Shown here: positions 24,659 to 34,867 of the stretch, piece by piece
How positions within the stretch are numbered: position 1 is the first letter of the stretch
Layout of the letters: each line of letters begins with the position of its first letter
DNA from: Utricularia gibba
Taxonomy: Eukaryota > Plantae > Magnoliophyta
Assembly: GCA_002189035.1 (NCBI GenBank)
Contig: CM007992.1
Span: forward strand, 682,001 to 746,000
Reading direction: 5' to 3'
DNA: 64,000 nt
The notes under the pieces: generated by a model
The model's database searches: none
Seen by the model: the letters and a program-made list of their open reading frames with translations, nothing else
Told to the model about the DNA's origin: nothing
Program-made: the position numbers and the translations under genes

Positions 24659-26266
24659 ATGGAAGGTTCTAGGAGTTCAAACTTCAGCAGCAGCAACGGC
24701 ACCGTGTTCTTCTCTCCCTCTGGTGTCAAAAGAAGCCCCTCGGAGATGGCACTTGAGTATCCAGCTCTAGAAGAAGAACAAGAAGACAACAACTTCACTC
24801 TCTTCACACAAGATCCTCATTTTCCCATAAAAAATCAGGTTTTAGGAAGTTCTTCATGCTCTTTTTACTGGGTTTGCTCTGAATCCTTGCTCTCTGATGT
24901 GGTTTTTTTTCACTTTTTACTTTCTGGGCTTGGTCTAAATCCTTGTTCAGTGATGTGGGTTTCGTCAGCTTTGCTTCAAAATATGAGATGAGAGTATGCT
25001 GTTTGCTATGAGCAAATTGTAAACAACAAAAACAAAAATACGAGGTTGATGTTGCATGATTCCGATAAGATTTGTGGATATGGAAATGCAGATTCCAGCA
25101 AAAAAGCTCTGCTTTTTCATTTTACCCATTTGAATGAAACAGTTAAAAAGTAAAAAAGAAGCACATGACTAGCTTTAGGGGTGTTTGTGGATCTTAATCG
25201 CCTGGCTCTGTCTTTGGCACATGTAAAGTTGCAAACTTTCAGTCCTGTTTCCACGTCAGTTACACGTCTTAACTTTCAGGAACCGGCGCGTGATGAATTC
25301 ACCAACTCCTTGTCGGAGAATCATCTTCAAAATCGTTATCTTGTTGATCAGCAGCCACAGATCTCCATTTCCTCCACAGTTGACGTCAAATCTCCCCTCT
25401 GGGGTGAGCCTGTTTTGCTTACTTACCATATAGCAGAAATGTTACTCTTAACAACAGCAAAAACTTCTACTTTTCCAGTTGATAGCCCTGCATCAGCCAA
25501 CAATGGAGGAAATCATGGCACCAGAGCAAACAGTGGCTCATCACATGATCAATCTGATGAAGAGGATCAAGATGTTGAAGCCGGGCACATCGATGTCAAG
25601 CGAATCAAAAGGTGCTGATGAGATCCTTCTTCTCTGATTGAGTCAATTCAAGCAGTGCAGAGAGCAAAAGAGTTAAAAACTTACATGAACATTTCAGGAT
25701 GCTTTCCAACAGGGAATCCGCTCAACGCTCGAGGATCAGAAAGCTAGCATACTTGGCTGAACTTGAGCAGCAAGTGGACAGACTGAGATGTGAGAACGAT
25801 GCACTGATCAAGCAGTTAGCAGATGCTTCACAGCAGTTCAAAGACGCCACTACCAACAACAGGGTCCTCAAATCCAACGTCGAAGCCCTCCGTGCCAAAG
25901 TTCAGTGATCGGCTGCATTTTCCGTTGCTTGCTTTTGTTCTCCGGGTGTTGCTTATCCTGTCGATGCTCATCCTGCATATCTACTGCTGCTTGAAACAGG
26001 TGAAGCTAGCTGAGGACATGGTGGCTCGAGGCTGCCTCACTTCCAGCATGACGCATTTGCTGCAGAACTACCTGAACATGCCTGAGGACTGCATCAGCGA
26101 CGCTATTATAAATCGTCTTCCGCCGGAGGTAGTAGCTCCTATAGCGCCGGAGATCGAGCGGGCGAACAACATAGCGACTAATGGGGAGAGGATGGAGAGA
26201 GCGAACGGCAACGGAGTGGGTGACGGCGTCATCTCCGGCGAGTTGCCGGATATTTGGAACTGGTAG
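24659..26266 (+). CDS. bZIP9: Group C bZIP transcription factor (bZIP9-like), 5 exons
   Basis: [11 protein letters not shown]; DSPASAN...[20 protein letters not shown]...DVKRIKR|[12 protein letters not shown]...[15 protein letters not shown]|[22 protein letters not shown]...PDIWNW*. Confidence 0.92.
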
Positions 26267-26977
26267 CCTCTGGCTGCCAAGTGTAATAAAATGGTCCTCA
26301 TTTTCTATGTATCAACTTTAGTTTTAGTAAATTATCTTTATAAATTTAAAATAAATCCAATCTTGAATTTAGTTAAAATAATTGAAAAATAGGATTGTTT
26401 TACTTTAATTAATTGTATTTTAATAACCAAATAATGGATTATACCCCATAAAATTTTTATTTTTAAAAATAAAATACATTAGTATATATAAGACTATAAA
26501 ATTTGAATTATACTTATTTTATATAATTTTTATATTATTAAAACACTAGTTAATCCATTCATTTAAATTTAGTGTATTAAATATATTACTTTGTCGTATC
26601 AAATGATATAATTAACCATAACATCTTTTACGTTAATTTGACCCAATCAAACGATTACAGAATTATTTGAATCACTTGTACAAATAGTTGATGATTTTTT
26701 TACGATTTACAATAATGAATTAGACTTTTTTTGGGATTCATTAAAATGAATTAAATCAATTTTATTGATTGATAATATTATCTACCTCGTTGATATCGAT
26801 AATTTGATCCGTACGATTTAAAAACCTAGTTATATAAATAAACCCGGTTTCTTCTCTAGGGATTCCACAATTCCGGGTCTAGGGAGATAGGTGTATTGAA
26901 TTCCAAAAACACCCCTTAATTGTATGGGTTACTACTAAACTGCCATTTTGGGGCAAATCCAACGCAGGGCTGTGACA

Positions 26978-27955
26978 ATGACGCGAGGGTCTGCAGTTCT
27001 GTGGCTTATGGTATGCGTAGCAACTCCCATGTCCTTTCTGGGAATTTCATCGCGGCTAATCGCGGATCCGACCACCCCGATTTGCAGAATAACCGACCCG
27101 TTAACATTCCCTGCGGATCGGGTGACGGTGGTGATCAACGGCTTCTCGGAGGAGCGGATCCCGCTTCTGACTGCCGTATCGGAAGCCTACTCCACCGTGG
27201 CGTGGGTAGCAGGGGTTATAATACTCTGGTGCAATCCGGCGACGTCTCCAGGGACACTCGCTGACCTCGCGAAGAACGCCTCCGCCGACGTCCTACGAGC
27301 GCCGTCAACGAGCCTTAACCACCGGTTCTTCCCGTGGGAGAAGATCAAAACCAAAGGTGTACTCATCTGCGATGACGACATTGAGCCGAATCAAGGCTCG
27401 CTGGATTTCGCCTTCTCGGTGTGGAAATCGGATCCGGAGCGGATCGTAGGTTTCTTCGTTAGATCCCATGCCTATGACATCGAATCGAGATCTTGGGGAT
27501 ACGTGATGGATCGCGAGAAGTACTCGATCGTTCTAACAAAAGTGATGCTGGTGCACATCAAGCATTTGCAGAGATACTCCTGCGACGATCGGTACGCCGC
27601 TGCGCGGGGAATTGTAGATGAGATGAACAATTGTGAGGATATTCTGATGAACTTCGTGGCTGCGGAGGGAACCGGGAAAGGGCCGGTGATGGTGGCCGCG
27701 AAGGGCGCCGGCGTGAGGGATCATGGGGATTCGAGAAACGACGGCGGAGGGGTGACAGGGGTTGGGCTGAGTAGCAGAAAAGCGGAGCACAGACAGCGGA
27801 GAGGGAATTGCATAAGAGAGTTTCATAGAACTCTAGGGAATATGCCATTGAAGTACAGCTACGGGAAAGTGGTGGATGACGTTGATGAACAGGGGCTTTG
27901 CAAGAAGCATGGCAAATATGTGTTGTGTGATGATCAGCGACAGCTCTCTGATTAG
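26978..27955 (+). CDS. Glycosyltransferase family 64 (EXTL-type) protein, intronless
   Basis: N-terminal signal anchor; VTVVINGFSEERIPLL; SLNHRFFP; VLICDDDIE (DxD); RIVGFFVRSH; YSIVLTK; NNCEDILMNFV; LSSRKAEHRQRRGNCIREF. Confidence 0.93.
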   Translation: MTRGSAVLWLMVCVATPMSFLGISSRLIADPTTPICRITDPLTFPADRVTVVINGFSEERIPLLTAVSEAYSTVAWVAGVIILWCNPATSPGTLADLAKNASADVLRAPSTSLNHRFFPWEKIKTKGVLICDDDIEPNQGSLDFAFSVWKSDPERIVGFFVRSHAYDIESRSWGYVMDREKYSIVLTKVMLVHIKHLQRYSCDDRYAAARGIVDEMNNCEDILMNFVAAEGTGKGPVMVAAKGAGVRDHGDSRNDGGGVTGVGLSSRKAEHRQRRGNCIREFHRTLGNMPLKYSYGKVVDDVDEQGLCKKHGKYVLCDDQRQLSD

Positions 27956-28541
27956 CCCAAATTTCAGGGTTGTGGGCTAAGGGTTAGGGCCCAAGTAGGC
28001 CTAACTGAGTTGTACTGTACAATCCCTCCGGTGACCCTGAGAATGAATCAGCTTTTGGTCACTGTTCATATTTGATTTCTTCAATTTGCACGTCTTTCTG
28101 GCACATCTTGGCATTTCACGGTACGTTCTTTGATTCTGGTGAATTCTTGAATGACCCAGAAGTTCGGTTTTTAAGCGCCGCAGGACATGCGCGGTGTGGC
28201 AAACCATGACTACCATGTGTTGGTTGTTTTTTTTTGTTCTATTTGGTTTTGTTTTAAGAGATGGGGTTTTGTTGAGTGATAGAAATTGAGAAAAGAAAGC
28301 AGATGTTACCATTTGTTGTTCATGATGATCAGGCAGAACATTTCGGATGTTTGAGCTTGATTTCATCAATTTCGTGCTCTGCTGTTAAGAACCATTCTGC
28401 CAGGCCCTTGCATCGTGAATGGGGATAGTTTCTGAAGGAAATGAGATAGAATGGTAGAGAACTGGAAAAATAAATTCGATTTGGATCAATCAGTGGTAGT
28501 TACTTGACTCAATAGCTGTTTGGTCTGTGTTAGCTTGAATC

Positions 28542-29957
28542 ATGAAGGTTAGTGTGAGTTCAGCTGAGATGTTACTCCAAGTTCTCCAGCGTATAAGTAA
28601 ATCTTCAAAGCAAGTGGAGCAGGTTCATTCTTTGTTGACCACCTGTGGTTACCTCTTCATGGCGGATCATTGGATCAACACTCTCCTATTTAACACCCTT
28701 ATGAGAACATACCTTTGCCTTTCCAGACCATGGACTAGCATGCTCGTCTTTACCGACATGCTTAACCACCAGGCCCCTCCAAATAGCCACACGTTTCCCT
28801 CTGTTCTTAAAGCTTCTGCCATTCTCACCAAATCACATGATATGTCACGTATAGGTTGTTCTCTCAATGCACAATGTGTGAAAAGAGGTGTGCTGAATGA
28901 TTTGTATGTTCAGACAACATTTATTGCTTTGTACTCCCAAATTGGTGACATGTGTAGTGTGAATAAGATGTTTGGTGAGATTTCTAACCCATGCATTGTG
29001 TCTTATAATGCAATGCTTGATGCACTTGGAAAAAATGGTGATATGGATTTGGCAGTCTCTTTGTTCTTAATGATGCCAAAGAGAGATGTGTATTCATGGA
29101 CCAGTGTCATTTGTGGATATGTATCAAACAGGTACTTTGGAGAGGCGATTGGTCTTTTTTCAGAAATGATGGCTGATGAGGACGTAAAATCTGGTCTCAT
29201 AAGACCGAATGAGGCAACATTTGTCAGCGTCCTCTCTTCTTGTGCAAAAGGGGATGAATCTCTTGCACTCTATCATGGGAAACAGATCCACGGATACATG
29301 GTTAGGCATGAAACGGATTTGACTGCTGTAATCAGAACAGCACTTATAGCATTTTATGGAAAAATGGGCTGCCTAAGTTATGCTGCTAAGATATTCGAAA
29401 CCTTAGACATGAAAAAGGTATGCACATGGAATGCAATGATATCCTCGTTAGCTTCGAATGGAAGTGAAGTGCAAGCACTGCAAGTCTTTGAGAGGATGAA
29501 GTCCTTGTCAGTGAGACCAAATGACATCACTTTTGTAGCAGTTTTATCAGCATGTGCTCGGGCAAAAATGGTTGATGTGGGACTGGGTTTGTTTCACTCA
29601 ATGTTGCATGACTTTGGCATAATTCCCAAGATGGAGCACTATGGTTGCCTGGTTGATCTCTTGAGTAGGGCAGGCCTTGTGAAAGAGGCATATGACTGTG
29701 TCCGAGGGATGCCATTTGAGGCTAATGCCTCAGTCTTAGGATCACTTTTGGGTTCTTGTAAAGCCCATGGTATTGTTGATTTGGGAAATCAGGTAGGTCG
29801 GCAGTTGTTTCCAATGCAACCTGATCATTGCGGGAAGTATGTTCTTCTATCAAGCATCTATGCTGGGGCAGAGATGTGGGATCTTGCTGCTTCCTTCAGA
29901 AAGGCAATGACCCATGCTGGAATTAAGAAGCTTCCAGCTTTTAGTATGAAAAATTGA
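28542..29957 (+). CDS. PLS-class E-subgroup pentatricopeptide repeat protein, intronless, 471 aa
   Basis: Repeats such as VSYNAMLDALGKNGD, DVYSWTSVICGY, PNEATFVSVLSSCA, CTWNAMISSLASNG, EHYGCLVDLLSRAG, and an E-domain YVLLSSIYA...GIKKLPAFS. Recalled as resembling At1g10330. Confidence 0.95.
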   Translation: MKVSVSSAEMLLQVLQRISKSSKQVEQVHSLLTTCGYLFMADHWINTLLFNTLMRTYLCLSRPWTSMLVFTDMLNHQAPPNSHTFPSVLKASAILTKSHDMSRIGCSLNAQCVKRGVLNDLYVQTTFIALYSQIGDMCSVNKMFGEISNPCIVSYNAMLDALGKNGDMDLAVSLFLMMPKRDVYSWTSVICGYVSNRYFGEAIGLFSEMMADEDVKSGLIRPNEATFVSVLSSCAKGDESLALYHGKQIHGYMVRHETDLTAVIRTALIAFYGKMGCLSYAAKIFETLDMKKVCTWNAMISSLASNGSEVQALQVFERMKSLSVRPNDITFVAVLSACARAKMVDVGLGLFHSMLHDFGIIPKMEHYGCLVDLLSRAGLVKEAYDCVRGMPFEANASVLGSLLGSCKAHGIVDLGNQVGRQLFPMQPDHCGKYVLLSSIYAGAEMWDLAASFRKAMTHAGIKKLPAFSMKN

Positions 29958-30358
29958 TGGTAAAGGCACTTTGTTGTTGTATCATATCTGCCTTCTCTGG
30001 AGCTGTGTTGGATATAGAATTCTTACTTTGGTAAAGGCACTTTGTGAAGGACAGCATTGGATTCCAAATGGAAGCACCAAGGAGAAGAGTCACAATGAGC
30101 ATCATTTGTTACACTTCTAGGTAAGAGCTAGAACATACATGTTTTTAACTGCTCCTTGGAACTCTCCACCATATCCATACTTCTGAATCTGTGTTTCTAC
30201 TCTTTCATGTTACCATATTTACAATGCTGTTCTTTTTTACCTGATTGCTTGTTACAGATGTTGCACTTCATGGCCATCGCTGATGCGGTAGAACATGGCA
30301 AAGATCAGTGTGATTAGTGGCTAATTGTAATGCGCAATGGCAACAATTAGAAATCATG

Positions 30359-30457
30359 AATTAGTACTGGTTAAAACAACCATAAATTGATGCCTCTCTG
30401 AGCAGACCCTGCGGTATTCAAAAATTAGTACTGGTTAAAACAACCATAAATTGATGC
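30359..30457. repeat. 35-bp perfect direct repeat with a 29-bp spacer
   Basis: AATTAGTACTGGTTAAAACAACCATAAATTGATGC at 30359-30393 and 30423-30457. Confidence 0.9.
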
Positions 30458-30668
30458 TTAGCAACAACATTGAATTGCTGTTACCAACTGAATGCTGAAT
30501 TTTGAAGGTGAAGCCTAAGAGTTCTCCATGCATTATGATAAGAAAATGCATGGAGCAAATTATTCTAATGCAGCTGTTGGTATGTACAGTGAACCTCGCT
30601 CGTATAGGTGACCACCAAACGACTATGGAAGCCAATGTAAAAGTTTGTTCATGTAACTATGGCAATTT

Positions 30669-32476
30669 TCACTGGGAAGAAGATGGCTGTGAAGTTGCAG
30701 CGGAGGCCTTGCAGATGGGGCACCAATTCTTGAGTCGAAGCCACTGGCTTATGCACGTTTCATGGTACTGGTGGCAGCATTTGGATAGCATTCCCATCTT
30801 GTCTCCCATCACATACTCCTCCTGCGGAACCGATTCAACCGAAAATAGATTTTCAAATATGCTTTTGTATATCTGTAAAAGCCAAGGTGACTGGGGGGGA
30901 AAAAACCTGGCAAATGCTGCATTTGATGTCAACTCCACTGGATCCTTCTGCCTGTAAGGTTAAGGTGTGCTGATATACGCTTCTCTTCAGGCACTTCAAC
31001 AGCTCTTCTTCGGAAAGTGGGGTGCTCACAGATCCCATTCTTTCTTCTAAAGCTAACAGTTCCTGTGAGTATCCAAGAAATCGACATCTTAAGAAAAATG
31101 GAGAAGTGCAGGATAGGAGTCGAAACTAAAGGAAGGCGAACCTCGTAAGACATGCTATCTATATCTAGCCTCATATCCTGGTGTTGATCATAGAGACTGA
31201 GGCTGCTTAGAAGGAGGCTCATTTCAAGGAGCATTTGCTGTAGAAGGGAAAAATAAAATGCTGATGGTGAAGTTCATAATTTTTAGGTTAACGGATGCAA
31301 GAGAAGATCAATACCTCTGGAGTCATATCTTCATCCTGTTCAATTCTCTCGAGTGCTAACAAAATCTGCAAGGATTAAGAAGATCATCTTCAAGGATTAA
31401 GGCTTTCCCACCTGAAGCAAAAGTTTGTGTACCTCTGCAGCTCCATTCATATCATAGTGTTGCAAGAAATCCTGATTTGCTGAACGACTGAATCTAACTG
31501 TACCAAGACTACTAGAGGGGGTCATGGCGGTGGGATGACTACCGCTGCAACCTCTAGGAAGAATGTAGGACATTGAGCTGCTTGTACTCAACGAACGTTG
31601 ACCAACTCTTCCATTTCCAGGAATTCCAGTGCTTGTGGTGGGCATTGCACCAGCATATGCATGGCTTCCTTCATTCTCAGGAGGCATCGTTCTTGTGCCT
31701 GTGTTCATTGGCATCTTGCCTCCGGAAGATGAGCCCCTCTGACTGGAAGATGAATTCCCTTTCTTTCTTACACCGGAAGTAGTCATTGTACTGGTGCAAG
31801 GCAAGCATTGTGTCTCCAAGGATGACCTAGCAACAGTCTTTCCCCCAACTCTTGATGAACTGCTTTCAGCATCAACACTTCTCTTTTTCTTTGAATTAGT
31901 GCTAAAGGATTTGGATCCTGGAGATGAAAAACTTCTCGGAGAATCAGATGAGGAGCTGAAAAAATTTCTCTGACCTAACCTTGCTCCACCACTACTGTTT
32001 AATAGCCGTGGGTCTGTGGAACAACCTGAGCTTCTAGAGAGTGAAGGAGCGGAAGAAACTACTGAACCTGCTTTCCGGTGAAAAGGTTTTTGAGGACCAG
32101 CCAAAGATGCAACAGATACCCTTCTTTTAGGTATGGAAACCTCCTGCAATTCTTCTTTACTTTCAGTTCGACTGCTGGTTGAAGATGCAATCTCCGAGTC
32201 AGTTGACAGACTACTATTGGAGTGGGCATATGTCAATTGTGAGGATAAATTTCTCTTGGAATCAGCAGACGATTTTCCGGCATTCATCCTCGCCGAAGTA
32301 CCAGTTGAGGGTGAAGAATGATGATAGCTAGAATTCTGAGCATACTTGAGTCTTCCACTGCATCCGATTCTGGTACAAAAGTGAGCACTCTCGTCACCAT
32401 CAACGAAAGAAGCAGCAAGACGTTTCTTCCCATCCACCAGGGCCCTTGGCCTTCTCCTATCGGTGTGTGGATCCAT
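30669..32476 (-). CDS. RING-H2 E3 ubiquitin ligase (MBR/JUL1-like clade), 5 exons
   Basis: MDPHTDRR...FCTRIGCSGRLK, Ser-rich middle, ILLALERIEQDEDMT|...QHQDMRLDIDSMSYE|ELLALEERMGSVST...KCSICQ|EEY...CCHQYHETCISQWLRLKNWCPICK. Confidence 0.93.
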
Positions 32477-33613
32477 AAACCGGATTTTGTGGAGCACCTA
32501 ATCCACCAGAGGAAGAGGATGAGCTTTTGTGAACAACAGAGAGAAATATGTAGAGGAAAATCAATTTCAGTGAACATGTACTAGAACCAGAGACATGATC
32601 ATGATACCAAAAAGAAGAGATTGTCAAATATGAACTAGACATGCTATATGACATTAAAAACTTGATGCGGATAAAGAAACTGAAGGGGAGCTGTAGCTGC
32701 AACACAACCTGATGCAGAAGGGAAGACCAAAAGAAGCAGTTCACAAAGAATTCAAACGGTGATCAGGTATCCCATATCAGAAATCCAGAAAAGAAACCCC
32801 TAGACCACACAAATCCCTGAAAACCTACACAAGAAAAATCATGAAACCGCTACAAAAGCCTCACTTTCGATCACCACGATCGTTGAAGACAAGAATCTTC
32901 CTTCTTTGATACCAATTTCTCCACCTTTTCTAACCCTTTATTCCTATCCCCCTGTTAACCAAAAAAAGTTCCAACCACAGGCACACAAGACAAGTTGCAG
33001 TAGTTCGCGTGCGCGTGAGGGGAAGATGAATTTTAATCAGAAAACTACAGCTAGACAACGAGAAAGATCAAAAACTGATAACTTTTCTTTCTCTGCTATG
33101 AAAGCAAATACAGGACAGTAAAATAAAAGCCCCCCTGGGAAACAACCAAACGAAAACTCCACTCACCATTAAAAAAAAAAAACAAACTGAAGAATCCAAA
33201 AAGGCTTTGAACCCCATTCACCACACAACAAAAATGCAATACCACCTTTTCAGAAACTCCAATTCCGTCGGCCATGGAAAATCACCCAAAAATCTACGCC
33301 GGTGAACCAACGGCACCCCACCCGAACTTCAATCTCTCTGTAAAACGTGAATCTCGGAACGGTGACAAGGGATCAACAACGTCCAATGGGCACTTTCAAA
33401 GATCCAAAGATCAAAATACCGAACCCGAGAGGATAAATTAATTTATCCAACGACAAATATTAATAATTTCGGTCAACATAATTATTCTGTTGAGGGACTT
33501 GTCGCGCATTATCCAAGTTTGAGGGACCCCTTTGCAAAATAAGCGACATGTTTCATGGGTAAATTTCAAGCTCTGTTTTGCCTGGGAATAACCGTTTCGT
33601 TGAAATCGGTGAT

Positions 33614-34612
33614 TGGACTGAGCAATGTAATTGTACGGGTGGGCCGCAGTTGTATCCAGGCTGGGCCGTACCCATGATCCGGGTTGGGAATCTTATGATT
33701 GGGCAGGGCCGCGTTATATATCTCGTCTGGGCCAATTTAATTGTACAGGTGGGCCATAATAATGATCTGGGTTGGTCCTTTTATGATTGGGCACGGCCGT
33801 ACCATATATCTGGGCTGAGCCATATGATTGTACAGGTGAGCCATACGCATGATCTGGGATGGGCCAGTTACTATTGGTCTGGGCCGATCCATATTAGTGT
33901 ACGGACTGAGCCATATTATTGTACGGACTGGGCCATACACATGATCTGGGTTGAGCCTTTTACGATTGGGCGGGCGGTACTATACATCTGGTCTGGGCCA
34001 AAATAAAACAATAGAACTGGGCCAAATAATTGTACGGGCTGGCCATACCCATGATCTGAGCTGATCCGTTTATGATTGGGCGGGCCGCGCTTTATATCTG
34101 AACTGCGCCATTGAATTGTACGGCTGGGCGAACTCATGATCTGAGTTGGGCCATTAATGACTGGTCTGGGCCGCACTATATGTATGGTCTGGGTCAATAT
34201 AAAGTAATTGGGCTGGGTCATGGTCTGGGCCATACTCAGGATCTGGGTTGGGCCGTTTATGATTAGGCGGGCTCGTACTATATACGATATGGGCCAGATA
34301 ATTGTACGGGTCGGCCGTAGTTGTATCCGGGTTGGGCCATATTCATGACCTGGGTTGGTCCTTTTATGATTGGGCGGGGCCCCACTATACATCTGGTTTT
34401 GGCCAACATAAAGTAATTAATTGGTTTGGTCCATATAATTGTACAGGTTGGCTGCAGTAGTATCCACTCATGATCTGGGTTCATCCTTTTTATGATTGGT
34501 CTGGGCCCCACTATGTATCTGGGCTGAGCCGATATAAGTAATTGGACTGGGCTATATAATTATACGGGTTGGGTCATACCGTGATCTGGGTTGGGCCTTT
34601 CATGATTTGTAT
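33614..34612. repeat. Degenerate tandem array of ~20-bp subunits ending in TGGGCC, in ~85-125 bp higher-order units
   Basis: Recurring blocks AATTGTACGG-TGGGCC, ATGATCTGGGTTGGGCC, TTTATGATTGGGCGGGCC and CTATATATCTGGTCTGGGCC; TTTATGATTGG-like anchors near 33684, 33780, 33958, 34069, 34256, 34363, 34489 and 34600. Confidence 0.92.
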
Positions 34613-34867
34613 GGGTTGAATTGAATCGATTTGTGCGACAAAATTGGTACGGAAAGGAGATGAATGGGTGTAAAAATTTGGTTCACATATTTATTTTCCA
34701 AAATTGGGAGAGTTGGCACGTGCCGCACAGAGATTGGGTTGGAAGTTGCGGTGTCCCCACAAAGGTGGCGCACGATACTCGGCTCCCGTGTCCCTCCATA
34801 TGCATCATCTTCCCCGATGCTTATCTAATGCTTCCCCTTTAGCAAAAGGCGCACTTTTTCTTTCTCC

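Noticed and set aside
28001-28369. 122-aa minus-strand ORF between GT64 and PPR
   Set aside because: No domain and a composition typical of UTR or intron; probably the PPR promoter and leader.
33553-34511. Long ORFs of 60-158 aa on both strands
   Set aside because: By-products of the tandem array's low stop-codon density; the repetitive peptides match no family.
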